From Octopus sinensis (lineage: Eukaryota), in NCBI RefSeq assembly GCF_006345805.1, contig NC_043001.1, positions 5,146,001-5,210,000 on the forward strand: DNA of 64,000 bases, given 5' to 3'. Under the pieces are notes generated by a model, which was given only the letters and a program-made list of their open reading frames with translations, made no database searches and was not told where the DNA came from. Shown here in pieces: positions 1-14,790 of the stretch; the stretch's first letter is position 1, and each line of letters begins with the position of its first letter. The position numbers were made by a program, and so were the translations under genes.

Positions 1-549
1 TTGTCTTGTAATTAATGAAAGAAAATCTCTTTAAAATTCCAAAAGTAAAAAAAAATGAGAAAATACGAAACACAAATCAACGATTTCTGCAATAGTTTCG
101 ATTTCCAAACTTACATCAGCGGAACAAGTTCGGTCTTTAATTGTTACTAAATGCACATTGATTTTCCTGTAATGTCTCTAAGAACATGAGATAAAAGTTT
201 AAAATGTAAACAGAAATGAAGGCTGATCAGAGTATCGACAGAAATGCATATTTTCAAAATATAGCAGAGGCATGCAAGTAGCAATTTTGATGAATCGAAG
301 GTAAAATATTGAAGGTTACTGACAGAATATATTGGACATGCAGAAGTGCATTACTGTCACTGAGACAGGTAAATGTCTTTTGTTCATTAAAATGTCAATT
401 ATGACATAAGCAGAAAACAAATTGGAAAATTTAAAGAAATAATGTTCTGAAGTAATTTCGTATAAAAGTAACCCACAGTGATATTCGCACAATTACTATA
501 TCATATATTTTATTGAAATCACATTTGATATGTAAAAAACGATAAACGT

Positions 550-847
550 CGCCCGTTTCAAGCCTAGCCTCACACTTGGGCCCGGTTACCCTGTTCCTGA
601 GGCGTACGTGTAGCACCCAACTGGACGGGACGCCAGTCCATCGCAGCGTTACTCAAAAAACAAGAGAGTGTGAAAGTTGTGGCGAAAGAGTACAACCGGG
701 GTCGCCCCCCACCACACCCTGCAGGGGTTTCGTGGATCTTTTTGGTGTTTTCGCTCAATAAACACACACAACACCCGGTCTGGGAATCGTAACCGCATTC
801 CTCCGACTCCGAGTCCGCTGCCCAAACTACTGGGCCATTGCACCTCC
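550..847 (-). mobile_element. tRNA-derived SINE, head type H1 + V-domain-like body
   Basis: Minus strand reads ggcccagtagtttgggcagcggactc...ggttacgattcccagaccggg (A/B-box-like head, homologous to 16550-16725), then ctgcgatggactggcgtcccgtccag, which matches the V-SINE central motif as I recall it. Confidence 0.75.
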
Positions 848-849
848 AC

Positions 850-1099
850 TTTCGCCCTTTTAAAGCCTAGCCAGGCTCATGGGCGCAATTTTCCGGTTTC
901 TATGGCGTATGTGTTCCCCAGCTGGACGGGGCGACAGTCCATCGCAGCGTCACTCATTTTTGCTATCTGAGTGGACTGGAGCAACGTGAAATGAAGTGTG
1001 TTGCTCAAGAACACAACGCGTCGCCCGGTCCAGTAATCGAAACCACAATCTTACGATCATGATGCTGACAACCTAACTACTAAATCACGAGCCTCCACC
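850..1099 (-). mobile_element. tRNA-derived SINE, head type H2 + V-domain-like body
   Basis: The head has ttcttgagcaacacacttcatttcacgttgctccagtccactcag, shared with 14925-15228 and 24400-24710. The body ctgcgatggactgtcgccccgtccagc and the gctaggcttt tail are shared with 550-847. It lies head-to-tail with that copy. Confidence 0.75.
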
Positions 1100-1214
1100 A
1101 TTTGATATGTAGCGAAAATATTTTTTATATGAAAGAGCAAGGATTTGAAAATGATGCAATCACACCACGAAATGTTAGTGAATGCATTCAAAGTATTAGA
1201 AATGTAATGATGTC

Positions 1215-1235
<21 letters not shown>

Positions 1236-1245
<10 letters not shown>

Positions 1246-2080
1246 GAGGGCATTATACATACATGCCAGGAGGCATTATATATACATGCCAAACGCTAAG
1301 AGGGACAATCAGTCATTTCTACCAAAAATATTACTAATCCCACCGAATGCAATTTTTCAAAGAAAGACATTTAAAAATATAGACCTGTATCACAGTGATT
1401 TCATACTTACGTAATCATCAGCAGGCCTGAATGTATTATAAATAAACAACGACCCTGCCTCGCTTAAGCCGATCAGCTAACTGATCAACATCAACGAAGC
1501 ACATGGGTGAGTTTATATATATTACATCCGGGTAAATGGCAAACTTTTACGAATTGCATTTCGGGAGAGGAAAAGTTTTTTCGGAATAAAAATTTAGCAA
1601 TTAAGGACAACTACTTAATAAGGAAAACTTAACAAGAAATTGTCAGGTAGATAGCGTAAAAACCTCATAAGAGAAAACATTTCGAAAATAATTATTTCTT
1701 ATTGAACATATTAATTTATATATAGAGGGCATTATACATACATGCCAGGAGGCATTATATATACATGCCAAACGCTAAGAGGGACAATCAGTCATTTCTA
1801 CCAAAAATATTACTAATCCCACCGAATGCAATTTTTCAAAGTAAGACATTTAAAAATATAGACCTGTATCACAGTGATTTCATACTTACGTAATCATCAG
1901 CAGGCCTGAATGTATTATAAATAAACAACGACCCTGCCTCGCTTAAGCCGATCAGCTAACTGATCAACATCAACGAAGCACATGGGTGAGTTTATATATA
2001 TTACATCCGGGTAAATGGCAAACTTTTACGAATTGCATTTCGGGAGAGGAAAAGTTTTTTCGGAATAAAAATTTAGCAAT

Positions 2081-2082
<2 letters not shown>
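1236..2082. repeat. Partial tandem duplication, period 479 bp (copies ~1236-1603 and ~1715-2082), bounded by (TA)n
   Basis: Direct reading: about 368 bp repeated with one substitution seen (caaagaaagac vs caaagtaagac) and a 111-bp unique spacer. Confidence 0.95.
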
Positions 2083-2147
<65 letters not shown>

Positions 2148-2569
2148 ACTTGTAGTTTTAACAATTTGCTGATATTGAGAAGAAAATGTTCATTATCTTG
2201 TAAATATCAATAATCGTTATCAAATAATCAACGTTATCATATTCAGGTTTTGGAGCAGTTACATGTCTCCCTTCTGTACAAGACGGTTACACGTATTATT
2301 TATTAAGCAGCAATAAATGGTCTCGTTGAAGGAGAAACAGGAAACTGAACGAAGAAGGACTTTGTTTAAATTGGAAAGATTTTGATGAAAAGAATTTAAA
2401 ATGTGAAACAGCTATAAGGAAACTTGTGGTTATGCTATCGCAAGTACTGTAAATAACGGTGTATCAATGCAATGGTATATTACTATCTACATTCCTGCAT
2501 AAAGGAGATAACTCATATGAAATTATAAAGGTAGTAGATCCCAATATCTATTGCTTATATATATATATA

Positions 2570-2981
2570 TACTCTTTACTCTTTTACTCTTTAACTTGTT
2601 TCAGTCATATGACTGCGGCCATGCTGGAGCACCGCCTTTTAGTCGAGCAAATCGACCCCGGGACTTATTCTTTGTAAGCCCAGTACTTATTCTATCGGTC
2701 TTTTTTTGCCGAACCGCTAGGTGACGGGGACGTAAACACACCAGCATCGGTTGTCAAGCAATTCTAGGGGGACAAACACATACACACAAACACACACACA
2801 CATATATATATATATACGACAGGTTTCTTTCGGTTTCCGTCTACCAAATCCACTCACAAGGCATTGGTCGGCCTGGGGCTATAGCAGAAGACACTTGCCC
2901 AAGATGCCACGCAGTGGGACTGAACCCGGAACCATGTGGTTGGTTACTAAGCTACTTACCACACAGCCACTCCTGCGCCTA
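2570..2981 (-). mobile_element. SINE family A (aggcgcaggagtggctgtgtggtaag head), full length
   Basis: Reverse complement of the copies at 10125 and 15726, with the same head, internal (TA/TG)n and (gagtaaaa)n tail. Confidence 0.9.
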
Positions 2982-5900
2982 TTATATATATATATATATA
3001 CATACGCACATATATATACACAGGCATACGTATACGCATACACACAAAATCTCCTATATATGTGTATATATATATATATATGTGTGTGCGTGTATAACGT
3101 TCTAATTCGTTATATAAAATTTCAACAAAAATATCCCTAACCAGATGGAAACTGTCTTTTGTTGAATTCTGTATCACCGTCGAGTGCATTATGCACCTAT
3201 TAACGTTAGTTTTTCACTGCGAATCTATAACTGCCATATGATTGGCGTGATTGCTTCGTGAAGTTGACTGACTGAAAAGTTTCTACCAAGTTTCATACAG
3301 TTACGGATATGATATACTTTTTGCGTCTGAAGAATATCTTTGAATGTTCACAACAGATGAAACTGTTTATAGCGCTTTAATGCATATTTTGTGATCTTTA
3401 CATAAATATATATATTATTTCGTCGAACGATGAATGCGAGTGCTCAATACCACATTGTCAGGCATAATTTCTTTACTTGTGAATTAAGGCTACCACTGGT
3501 TTAATATTAAGAAAATTAGGAAAATATCTTGTTATCTTAACCATGTTTTTATTTCGAACCGATCACATTGAGAGTGACCTTCCCCTCCATTTTGAAAAAC
3601 ACAGCCTCCAGGAGGCTTTTTTTTTCCCAATATGGAGACGAAATGTTTTTGCATGAAATCGGTTTTAATATTTTCCTATCTTTCTTAACATGGCTCCAAT
3701 AGACTTAATTTGCAAATAAGGAAATTATATGCGCCAATGCAGTGTTGAGCATTCACACACACATACACATATATGTATGTGTATATATATACATATGTGT
3801 GTGTGTGTGTGTGTGTATACATACATACATACATACACACACAATAGCGCTCATATTTACGTGAATTCCCTTGCCATAACCGCATCAAGGCTTGCCTCTT
3901 CCTTCTGGGTAGTTTTTTTGCTATCAGAAATAAATCCACAATTAATACAACCGTGGGATGATGATTAGTTAAAATATGAATCTGTATGCAGCTGAGGTAT
4001 AATGACAGCTTTATTAACAGTAGTTTGAAGCTATTTAAATTATTTCCGATACGCACCAACTTACCCTGTTATTTGGACACTTCATCTAAAGAAATTTCTC
4101 ATTTTTTTAAAGACATGGTAAAATGTAGTTGTAAGCAATGACTAAATTCAGAGATATCAAACTATTTTGAAACAGATTTAAAAGTAAGAATATTAGTACA
4201 TTATTGTTCATGGTTTCACAAATTGAACTGGTAGTTTAATAAGGATAACAGCATTGTTTGGCACATTTATATTTGGCAGGATTTGATTCAATATCGATCC
4301 GAAACTACCGATTGATAATAGTGACAAATAATATTGTCTTACGTTAATTAGTTTGAGAGAGTTTTAGGAATGTACAAGCAAGAAGGAAGATATAACTTGC
4401 GTAATTGTCCTCTAAATTACAGTACATCAAGTAATACAAGAATGGAAATGTTGGATATTTGGTTTCTTAATATCACCAATCGAACTTTATTACATAAGAA
4501 AAGAAAATACACGTTGTAATGAAATTTTGGCAGAGATAGAGATGATTTCTAATAGTTTTATGAAAAAAAAAGAAAGAAAATGTTTATTACAAATATACAA
4601 ATGATAAACTTATTTTATTTCATTTTATTTTATTTCATTTTGATTTTGTTTTGGAATTAGAATTCGTTACATTGTTCTGTAGGAAAAATAAGAAATTTTA
4701 TGAAAGCTGAATTACAATTAATGCATATATCCCAATTTCCTGACATTCCTTATTTTGAAAATTATTCTTTCAACGACTTAGTGTGTTAATTAGTAGTGTG
4801 GATTGGGGTTGAGGAAACATTATTTCAATTTCGCTTCTAATATTTCTATTATAATCATCAGGAATTTCTTAGTCATTCTTATAGTATGTTTCTCTGTTTT
4901 TTTTTAGATCTATCTATTTGCCCTATGGCAATTTCGATTATGCTAATTATTTCCTTTCAAGAAAACTTGCCAAGTTCACATAAATGTAATAAGTTAATTT
5001 TTAACTAGATTTTCACATGTGGAGTTGTGTAATGTCGTTTGTTAAAAGTAATTTTTCTCTCTTTTCTTTTTACCATTTACAATGCGTTTCATATTTAAAT
5101 ACTTTAGTTTACAAACATTTTAGCTAATGTTGAAACAACGTTATCCTATAGAGCGATTAAGCAATAGTGTTATCTCTATCTTAAAACTAGTACTACATTC
5201 GGTGCTGCTTGAATTTTCTCTTAACATATTATATTCAGACATCCTAATGTCTGCTTCAGACGTTGCCTCTGTATTACCTTATCATGTCTTGCTTTCTTCA
5301 TTTTATACAGCCAAACCCGAAGTCTTTTGATTTCTTTGTGATATCTCTTATTACAGAATTGATATAAAACTAGACGGGTTTATGAACCGAAAATTGCTAT
5401 TTATTCTATGGATTAATTTAATATTTGAATACCTTGCACAGCTGTTCCAAATGAAACACGGATGCCACAAGGTATTCAAGACAAGTTAATACAATTGTTG
5501 CGGAGAACAACAAGTGAAAATTAAACACATTTAGACTCTATTTTCCTCGTTGTCCACGCCTTGATTTCGCTTCAGTGTCATTACAAACAAGCTCCATCAC
5601 CATCACAAACACCGGCATCACAATCTCCATCTTTGTGAAGCTAAACATCGCCATCATCAACGCAATCAATGTCATGATGATCATCGTAAGCGTCTTTGTC
5701 GTCGTCATCATCGCCTTCTTCTTCTTCATTCTAATTATCGTCAAGTCAAACATGAACAAATTCTCAATATAAGTTGATTTGTGTAGACTATCAATCAAAG
5801 AATTGCACATGACTAGATGTGTAGGAAATTAAACTGAAATCACTTCTGCCTGTTTTAAGTGTAATTTAATGTCTGAGTGAATTTACGAAGTTTACATTTG

Positions 5901-6289
5901 AGACATTCTATCACGACATTCTTAAAATTAAATAAATCTGATAAAGTTCAGGTCAGTACATCTGCGTGTGAAATGTTAAATAATATATTTTATCTTTCAC
6001 ATCACTTACGAAGAAATTCCTTTTGTGGGCCATTGTAATTTGCTATACGTTGCATATTGTGCCACAATGAAGTACGAATAATTCAAAAATAATAAAACCA
6101 ATCAACTCTTTCAATCAACGTATCCTTTTCCAGAGAACACTTTTCCTAAGTCACGTTTTCATTCAAGTGTTCCATTAATAAACAGGTGTGTTAGGTCTCT
6201 CCCTTCTCCTTTATTTTAGCTTTATTAAACTTATCTATAATGTCTGTCATCTGCCACAATCAAATCCAAAGTGTACCATTTATATGAGA

Positions 6290-6860
6290 CACAGAAGCTC
6301 TAATACGAACATTTAAGATTCTTTGGGTGGCAATTTGAGGATATGTACCGAGAGTGATGAAACTCAAACATAGAGCCAACATCATGGTGGTTGAAGTGAT
6401 CACTAGTGATGGTAAAGTTATGTCGCCATTCATCTTCTAACACGGTCTCAGATTCAACACTGAAGAAAATCAAGTGTATGGAGGAGGTAATACTGCCTTG
6501 GGTCAAGAAGGTGACTGACAGAAGACCCTATGTTTGACAATGTGACACTGAAACATGCTACACAAGCAAGAGAACCCAGTCATTCTCGTCAGATAAATTC
6601 TGCCAACGCATAACCCGTAAAATCCGGCCATCTAACTCCCCACACAGCAACCATCTTGATTATTATGTCGGGGCACAGTTGACTGAGAGAACAAAGACGA
6701 AACATCTCCCTGTAACACCAAAGATGAACTGAAGGTAAGGATTATGGCAGCATTTACCAACTTCAAGAACAGTCAGAAAAGTAGCTGGATATTCAGGAGA
6801 TGTATTGAGGCCGTACTTCAAGCCAATGGTGATTTTATTAAATACATTTACTCTTTAGTA
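6290..6860 (+). mobile_element. Decayed Tc1/mariner-superfamily transposase, DD37D (maT) type, catalytic and C-terminal part
   Basis: The frame at 6544-6660 reads D-TETCYTSKRTQSFSSDKFCQRITRKIRPSNSPHSNHL-D, with 37 residues between the two aspartates. Upstream is IMVVEVITSDGKVMSPFIF. It is homologous to 18300-18900 and contains stops and frameshifts. Confidence 0.8.
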
Positions 6861-9800
6861 CTTCAAGATGTTTTAATGAAATGTTGGAAAATATATTTGA
6901 TAAAATGAGGTCTTATTTTCATTCTTGCATAATTTATACAACAGTTTATTCATCGCACTCTGTATATATATCTTCTTAATATAAATAAGTGATGCTTCTC
7001 TGCCCGTTACGTTTTTATGGTCATTAGTTCCTCTTAGAAAGAAGTTGGTGCAACGAAACACAAACCAACAACGTCTCTAATGCCAGGGAATATCATAAGA
7101 GAGTCTATTCTTTTATGACTCTGCCTATTTTTACTGCATTGTAAACTAAACACATGGCACTGGTGACCAAATGACGAAAGCATTGTTGCAACGTCTGGAA
7201 ATTACAGTCAAATCCCTTAAATAAGTTTTTCTCATCTCCAGGCCCTAAAGTCGCCGAAATTATTTATTCTTACATATTCCACTTCCATTGAACATACAGT
7301 GTCGTTCGTGACTGTAAATGTTCAATATTTTTACCACATTAAACTTATTTCCTAATTTTCTGGACAACAGCAGCCTACGTTCAGAATATGATTTCCTTTT
7401 AATTCGAAGGATTTCTTTTATTGTTACTATACTGAATAATTCTTAAGGCCAATACAATTTATAGATATTTTTTATCAAATCATGTCCGATATTATCTATT
7501 TGAACTACCTTTCCACAAAACAAAATACTAACGCTATTTCAACTATATTATTTTTATCAAGAGACCAACGTTAGTATTTCATATAAATGAGGCGACAGTA
7601 AATGTGGCGGTAGTGGCGGGGATGATGGTTGTAATAGTAGTAGTAGTTGCTACAGCTTTAACTACGTCTGTTATTGTTCTTCTTCTTCTGGTTGGAGCAT
7701 TTAATGTCATTCTTGTCGAGGAGGATGTTCTAGTGTATTATTTTTTCATATCAATATTTCACATATTATTCCAATAATAAGGAAAAGAGAATGGAAGAAG
7801 AAAGTAATTATACCTTAACAAATGTTATTATATTGCGTGTGCGGTTGTGGGCGTGCGCGTGTTCTTGAATCTGTGTGTATGTGTGCGTGAGTGTCTGCTT
7901 TATAGAATGTGTTTCAACATATAAAACAGAATCAGAGAAGCCAGAAAACAACTCAATTAATTCATTTTGTAAACAATTCCCATTATTCTATTTTTCCAAA
8001 ATTTTGCAATAATTTTAATGCAAAAAAGTTTTAATATACGTATTTATTTATTTTCTATAGAAGATGACAATAATAGAGGAAAAATAAAATTCTCTACATT
8101 TTCTATTTTGAAGAGACGGAAATATCAAAGATCACAGTCAAAACATTTATTTTGAGAATGTATAAAAGAATAAAAAATTGCTGAAAAATTATCTTTAAAA
8201 GCCTCATAATGTTCCGAATACAAGACAATATTCAAAATCTAATTTGAGAAAAAATATATATATAACATTGGCAATTTTTGTTTTCATGTTTTTAATCATG
8301 TAAATGTCACTGAGATAAAGGTAACTTATAAATGTTTTGATATATCTTTATAGTAAAGTAATACCCACATATCAGTGCGCAGATATTTGTGCAGCACAGT
8401 AGATATATGATATGTGCGTGTGTGTGTATGTGTGTGTGTGTGTAATATAGGTATAATATTTCTTTAACGTTTCTCTCGTGTTTCACATTATAACCCGTTA
8501 GTATTATACAATGCAGACACACTACCGTTAACGAAATATGTATAACTGGTTGGAGGTCATTGTTATTAATATTATCGTTAAACTATGAAATATTTCATTT
8601 TATTCTAGATATTTCACTTACATTGCTATGGATTAAGTGGTGCTAAATAAATTTTTTAACGTTGAAAAATTAGAATGGAGAGACGAAAAGAAACAACGCT
8701 TGAAAAACAACAGACTTTGTATACATACTTAGAGGACAGCATATTAAATATTTAGTTATTTTCTCTATATACCTGGATGACGTAACCATATTTTCATTTG
8801 CTAATTGTACAATATCTACGACCATGTTATATATTTTGCCTCGATGTAGCAACAGAACAAACATTTTTTCCAGCGTGGCTGAATCCCGAGAGCAATATCA
8901 AAAATAGTATTTCTTGATATCAACTAAAACAGTAGACAAAATTATAATCAGAAAAGTAGAAAAGTCTATACCTAAACCACATATCGGATTATCGGGACAG
9001 AAACAAATCAAAAATATGTCCTCATTATGAGAAGAAATATTTATTTATGAGACGAATTACGTGTTTCGACAGCGTAGAGTAAACATCAAAATTTAAATGG
9101 ATTCTTTAATTGAATATAGATAAGCAAATATATAAAGCTCAAATTTGATCAATACTCAGACGACTTCAGCTGGAAAATATTAGAATATCGAAGCTAACTT
9201 ATGGGATATCCGTACATTTACTACAGTACAGTCACAATAACATGTAACATGAGATAATCAAAATATCTCTAGAATCACAAAGCATATTAGAAACATCACA
9301 GCCACTTCACGCTACGTACTCACAGACAATTCTCTGAGTTTAATTTTTGTAGATGTATCTTTGTGTCTTTTTGTTTTTTTTCATTTATTACTATTTTATT
9401 GCGCTCAATAATATTTAAACTTGCAAACTTGCAATCAACAGATTTTCACATTATTCTATAAAGGAAAATTTCACCGTAATTTCTATTTTCAAACTAGCAG
9501 CAGCAGAGTAGTAGCAGCAGTAGATTAGAGGCAACATAAGGCGAATAAGCATTGTGTGTATGTATGCGTGTATGTATATATATGCACACACACACACACA
9601 TACACATACCCCACTCACACTCACATATGTATATAATGACAAGAGGTCTTGACTCACGTAAATTCTCTGAAAAGTTAATAAATCCTGATTGCAGGTGCTA
9701 GCAAAATTACTCAAGAACGTTATGAGAAGAAATTTGATATGAAAATACAGAAGAGTGTAAATCCCATGAGCACTGGCCTACCCCTCCTAGATAAAAGGAA

Positions 9801-10124
9801 ACCAACATCTCTGTCTGATATATCTATAAACATTGCGGTGTTATACAATATTTTCTGGTGTAGATAACTTTCGGCTCAAGTTATCTCTGAGACGCCATCT
9901 ATCACTTAAATTCACCTCTCAAAGAAGAAGCATATTCTAATTAATAACATCGATGTTTTCCAGAACGCCAGTTAAATGATTATTTATGTATATCAGGCGT
10001 AGAGAATCAAGTCACAAATAACGAGTTTCGAGTAATCTGCGCCATTGCTGGCCCACGAAATGCCTAACACAACGTCGTCACAAACCGTTCGATTTTCAGT
10101 CACGTTTTATCATAACCGGCCACA

Positions 10125-10530
10125 TAGGCGCAGGAGTGGCTGTGTGGTAAGTAGCTTGCTAACCAACCACATGGTTCCGGGTTCAGTCCCACTGCGTGGC
10201 ATCTTGGTAGGTTTCTTCTGCTATAGCCCCGGGCCGACCAATGCCTTGTGAGTGGATTTGGTAGACGGAAACTGAAAGAAGCCCGTCGTATATATGTATA
10301 TATATATGCGTGTGAGTTTGTGTGTCTGTGTTTGTCCCCCTAGCATTGCTTGACAACCGATGCTGGTGTGTTTATGTGCCCGTTACTCAGTGGTTCGGCA
10401 AAAGAGACAGATAGAATAAGTACTGGGCTTACAAAAGAATAAGTCCCGGGGTTGAGTTGCTCGACTAAAGGAGGTGCTCCAGCATGGCCGCAGTCAAATG
10501 ACTGAAACAAGTAAATGAGTGAAAGAGAAT
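10125..10530 (+). mobile_element. SINE family A, full length
   Basis: taggcgcaggagtggctgtgtggtaag...ggttccgggttcagtccc...ccagcatggccgcagtcaaatgactgaaacaagt; at least 7 homologous copies occur in the window. Confidence 0.9.
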
Positions 10531-10742
10531 ATACAAGTAGCAATGATTTTTCTGATATGTTTGGGAAAAATTATTCAGACGTCTGTTTTAAACGCATCGG
10601 ATATGTTCTGTCATTGCTTTCCTTCAGAATAATTTCAAGTAATTCAGGAACACTTTTGGTTAGGAAATATGTCGAACAATACTAAACAATTAATTGAGAA
10701 ATAAGTACCTTACGTTTCATAAATATCAATTTAATTTACATG

Positions 10743-10900
10743 TGTGGCCGTGATATAAGAAGGTTTCGTCTGAACCACATAGTACCGGTTTCTTCGCACT
10801 GGGTGGAACCTTAATTGAGTTTCGTCCACTATAGATTCTGGCCATTAAATGCTTTTGTTGCCGATTGCTACACGGAAACTAAAAAAGAAAGTTCGTCGTC
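10743..10900 (+). mobile_element. SINE family A, old degenerate 5' half
   Basis: gtggccgtg...aaccacatagtaccggt...acggaaactaaaaaagaaag aligns loosely to the family A head. Confidence 0.5.
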
Positions 10901-11111
10901 TCTTTATATACACATATTGGCAAACACACACAAACAAGCGCACATACACAAGCACACACACACACGCAGACAAATAGTATTAATGATGATAAGGAGAACG
11001 GAGATTTTTCGCATCCATAATTTTATTACTATTTAGAGCATTCTTTTCTGTATATACATATATATATATATACATACACGTGTATGTGTGTGGTTGTGTA
11101 TGTGTGCGTGC

Positions 11112-11156
<45 letters not shown>

Positions 11157-11268
11157 CATGATAGATCGTTAGCCACTACAAACAATTTTTCCTCTCCTTT
11201 TTCTTCTCTCCTCGTTTTTTCTCCCCTTTTTTCTCTCCGTGTTTCTCTCTTTGTTTATTCTGCGTCCC

Positions 11269-11302
11269 TTTCTGTAGAAGAGCGTAGGCCCGAAACGTAA
11301 GA
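11269..11302 (+). ncRNA. Degenerate minimal hammerhead-like motif
   Basis: CTGTAGA-A-GAGC(gtag)GCCC-GAAAC-GTA. The core deviates from CUGANGA, stem II has one mismatch and stem I is weak. Confidence 0.35.
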
Positions 11303-11395
11303 AACCTTTTCTATTCCTGAGCGTTATACTAATACATCTTTTTGTTTTGTACACCACCTGTCTTCGTCTTTTGTTTTTTTTCGTAAACACTGAAC

Positions 11396-11535
<140 letters not shown>

Positions 11536-12934
11536 AAACATTATTGGTGAATTGAAGAAATGGAGCTGAACGCAGATTGAACAGGTATCGGTTAAACTTT
11601 TGATTAATCTACTACAAGATTATTCATCTTTCTATTTCACATATATATATATATATGTATATATAATAGCTTAATTCCGTCCCCAAATCAAAGTCGGTTA
11701 AGTAATTGCATAAATAGACACAGATAAAGTATGCAGTCCAAGCTGATGTGATAACACTTCACAATAATAGTAAGAGTCTTACGGCCGTTTCCATATTGCC
11801 AAGAAGTGTGCAGGTTAAACCATTTGAAGTACAGTTGTCCACATTTCCTTCATCAGATAGTAAGTACAGATTTGGATTTTAAAAGAAATCATAAAGAAAT
11901 CATATTCGAGTGATTGTAAAAATATGTGTGTAAATATATATATATATAAGAAATTTATTTTGTATTTTACTTTTTCATTCATGTCCGTCTAAGTTATCTA
12001 TGCATAAATTAAATGTGGCAATTTGGATATAAAGCTACATCTGCTTTATACATACATATATGTGTGTGCTTGTGTCTGTGCGTTTGACCATGTGCGTGTC
12101 TGTGTGAGTGTTTTTCTGTGTCTCTGTGCGTGTAATATATATGTATATTGGATTGAGAAGGTTACACAATTAAAACCAACTTCACTTGTGCTTCTGAGAA
12201 TCTGATTTATGTTCTGACTTGCTCAAGTTGTAAACATAACTATATAGGAAAGACAAGTGGGCTACTCAGGCGGAGAACCACACTACGTACGGAACACATT
12301 CGGTTCTCGCACTACAGACAGATATCTTTGAGTGAACACATAGAGAGATGTGCAGGTAATATCCAACCAAACTTCACAGTTTTCCCCATCTAACAGTGCA
12401 AAGAAGTTATTTCTATACAAGTGCGTTTAAATAAAGAAAATTCGACTATCGAAAACTACAGAACATGTCACAATATGAACGCATAAGTAAATTTCATCTC
12501 AGTATACATTTTAATTCATTATCACATATACATCAGAGTATATATTTCATCTCACTAACTTAGCTTTTGAGAATTCTGTGCATATTTACACATCCCATCC
12601 CCGAAAGATGAACAATTACCCCTTTGTCCCGAATAATACCGATCACCAGTTTCTTCTCCTTAAATTTTTCTAATCATTGAATCATTCATTCACAAAATTC
12701 TCCACGCATAACATGGAGTATTATCTCCATGACAGAATACAAGTTGATAAAAATTTAAATTTCAATGTCATTATTAGGGAGAGAAAAACCTCTCTACAAA
12801 AACAATATAGGTATATTAAAAAGATATAATAAAATTAAGTGAAGTGTGTATATTTTCCTTATTTTATTTCATATATTTAATTTTTGCATTACAATTCACT
12901 ACCTGAGTATAATTTAAATCCCTCCCCTTTTCGC

Positions 12935-12965
<31 letters not shown>

Positions 12966-14198
12966 CATATATATCTATCTATATTTATATATATATATAT
13001 ATTATATATATATATATATATTATATATATATATATATGTCATCTTTTACATTTTCAGTCATGACAGTGTGGCCATGCTGGGGCACAGCCATGAATTTTT
13101 AGTTGAATGTGTGTGTATGTCTGTGTTTGTGTGTGTCGATTTGTTTGTCGCACATCACCGCATGACTACTGATGTCGATATGATTACGACTCCGAAACCT
13201 AGCAGTTACTAGAAGATATTAATAGTTAACCAGTTTTTGAAAATTAATTCGAAGTGTAGATTCTTTTCACTAAATTCTTCTAGGAGATACACCAGAATGG
13301 ACGTAGTCTACTGATTGAAAATAGAGAGTGATAATCTATTTATGATTTGTATAAACAACACGTCAATTCCCGATGATCACGCTCTAACTCTTATACAACT
13401 TTATCTCACACATTTCATTCGCTGTTTGAGATAATGTAAAGCAAATTCTAGTGACAATTTATATATAATTCTTTGGAAGAAAATACATAGAAACATGTTG
13501 AGAAAATCATATAACAAAGCGGGAACCTGGATATGCACAAAATGGTCTTCCGTAGTTACGTCTGCTATTATCTTCTGTTCAACTTTATACATGTAAAGCT
13601 TTAATGAAATTACAAACACGGATTGCGATATCCTCTCACTTATTTATTATGTAATTTCATTTGAGAAGACAATGTCACCGAAAAGTGTGTGAAGTTAGAG
13701 AAAAACTAGATAGATGCACATTGTTTTACATAACATTCAACAGGCCATTGTATTCTTGAACACGTTATCGAGAGAGAGAGAAAGAGAGAGAGAAACAGAG
13801 AGAGAGAGAGATTATTATTTTCATAACGCATGTATTACTGAATATATTTGCTGACCAATGGAAATTCTAATTTCACTCTTGTGTATATAAATTATTTATA
13901 CCAGACTAAAGAAGACAGCGAACAATATACTTTATGTGTTATCTAATAATTCTTATAATTAGGAAATAACAAAAGAACAATAGAAAATAAAGTCAGTGAT
14001 ATATGTATCTAATATTTCGTTCGTGTTAGATCATTTCTTTTCTCACTTCTACAATAGCTACATACGTAGATAAACAAAAGCGTGCTAGTGCATATATACA
14101 CACATACACACACGCACACACATATGTATATATGTATATGTTTATATATATATATATATATATATATAGATATATATATATAATATATATATATATAA

Positions 14199-14307
<109 letters not shown>

Positions 14308-14439
14308 ATATACATACATACGGCGTTTCTGTAAATATGTTTCAACACCTACATCTACTATAATCCCACAAATTCTCACTCTAATCCGAACTTTTTCTTT
14401 AAATTGTCAATCTCTAACTTCCCCCCGCCTCCGCCTGCT

Positions 14440-14790
14440 CTGATGTGACGACCATGACTTCGTGATACAGACTTAACTCCGAACTCTCCTATCGAGGAAA
14501 CTCCCTCACTCTGATACAAATCAGCTTCGTCCGTGACCAATCTGTTTACCATGCATCTGTCCCACTCTGTCCCAACACTCGACACTCCCTCACCTGCCTT
14601 TATCCCACCCATGGCTATCACGCCACGACACTACCCCTCCAGCGCACCACTCTAATCTGATAACCCCAACTATCACATCTTCCTCAATCCTCACTTCCTA
14701 TCCATAACCTACGTGATCTTCTGTTTCGCACAGATACCACCAAACACCTAGAAATCCCTACCAGCCTTCTTTCACCTCACACCTCCACCC
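14440..14790 (+). mobile_element. Possible decayed Penelope-like element ORF remnant (RT thumb/linker region)
   Basis: C-rich segment with in-frame pieces YHATTLPLQRT (14616-14648) and HNLRDLLFR (14703-14729), resembling the PLE linker motifs TYHP and NLRDLLV as I recall them. Heavily frameshifted. Confidence 0.4.

Noticed and set aside
2751-3140. Recurrent peptide YSRRHLPKMPRSGTEPGTMWLV (also at 25216-25557 and 32577-32819)
   Set aside because: It is the antisense translation of SINE family A, not a gene family.
5442-5524. Possible terminal exon after ttgcacag, reading VPNETRMPQGIQDKLIQLLRRTTSEN*
   Set aside because: It is only 27 codons, with no recognisable homology and no partner exon; such frames are expected by chance.
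5560-5780. Ser/Ile/Met-rich ORFs here and at 50141-50526
   Set aside because: They are degenerate (CAT)n microsatellite relics.
8900-9330. Faint GIY-YIG-like words (HIGLSG, SWKILE)
   Set aside because: Too decayed to align by eye; an HMM search would be needed.
12249-12355. GC-richer segment bounded by ag and gtaata with one open frame (KTSGLLRRRTTLRTEHIRFSHYRQISLSEHIERCA)
   Set aside because: The acceptor is weak and the peptide is not recognisable; it needs RNA-seq evidence.
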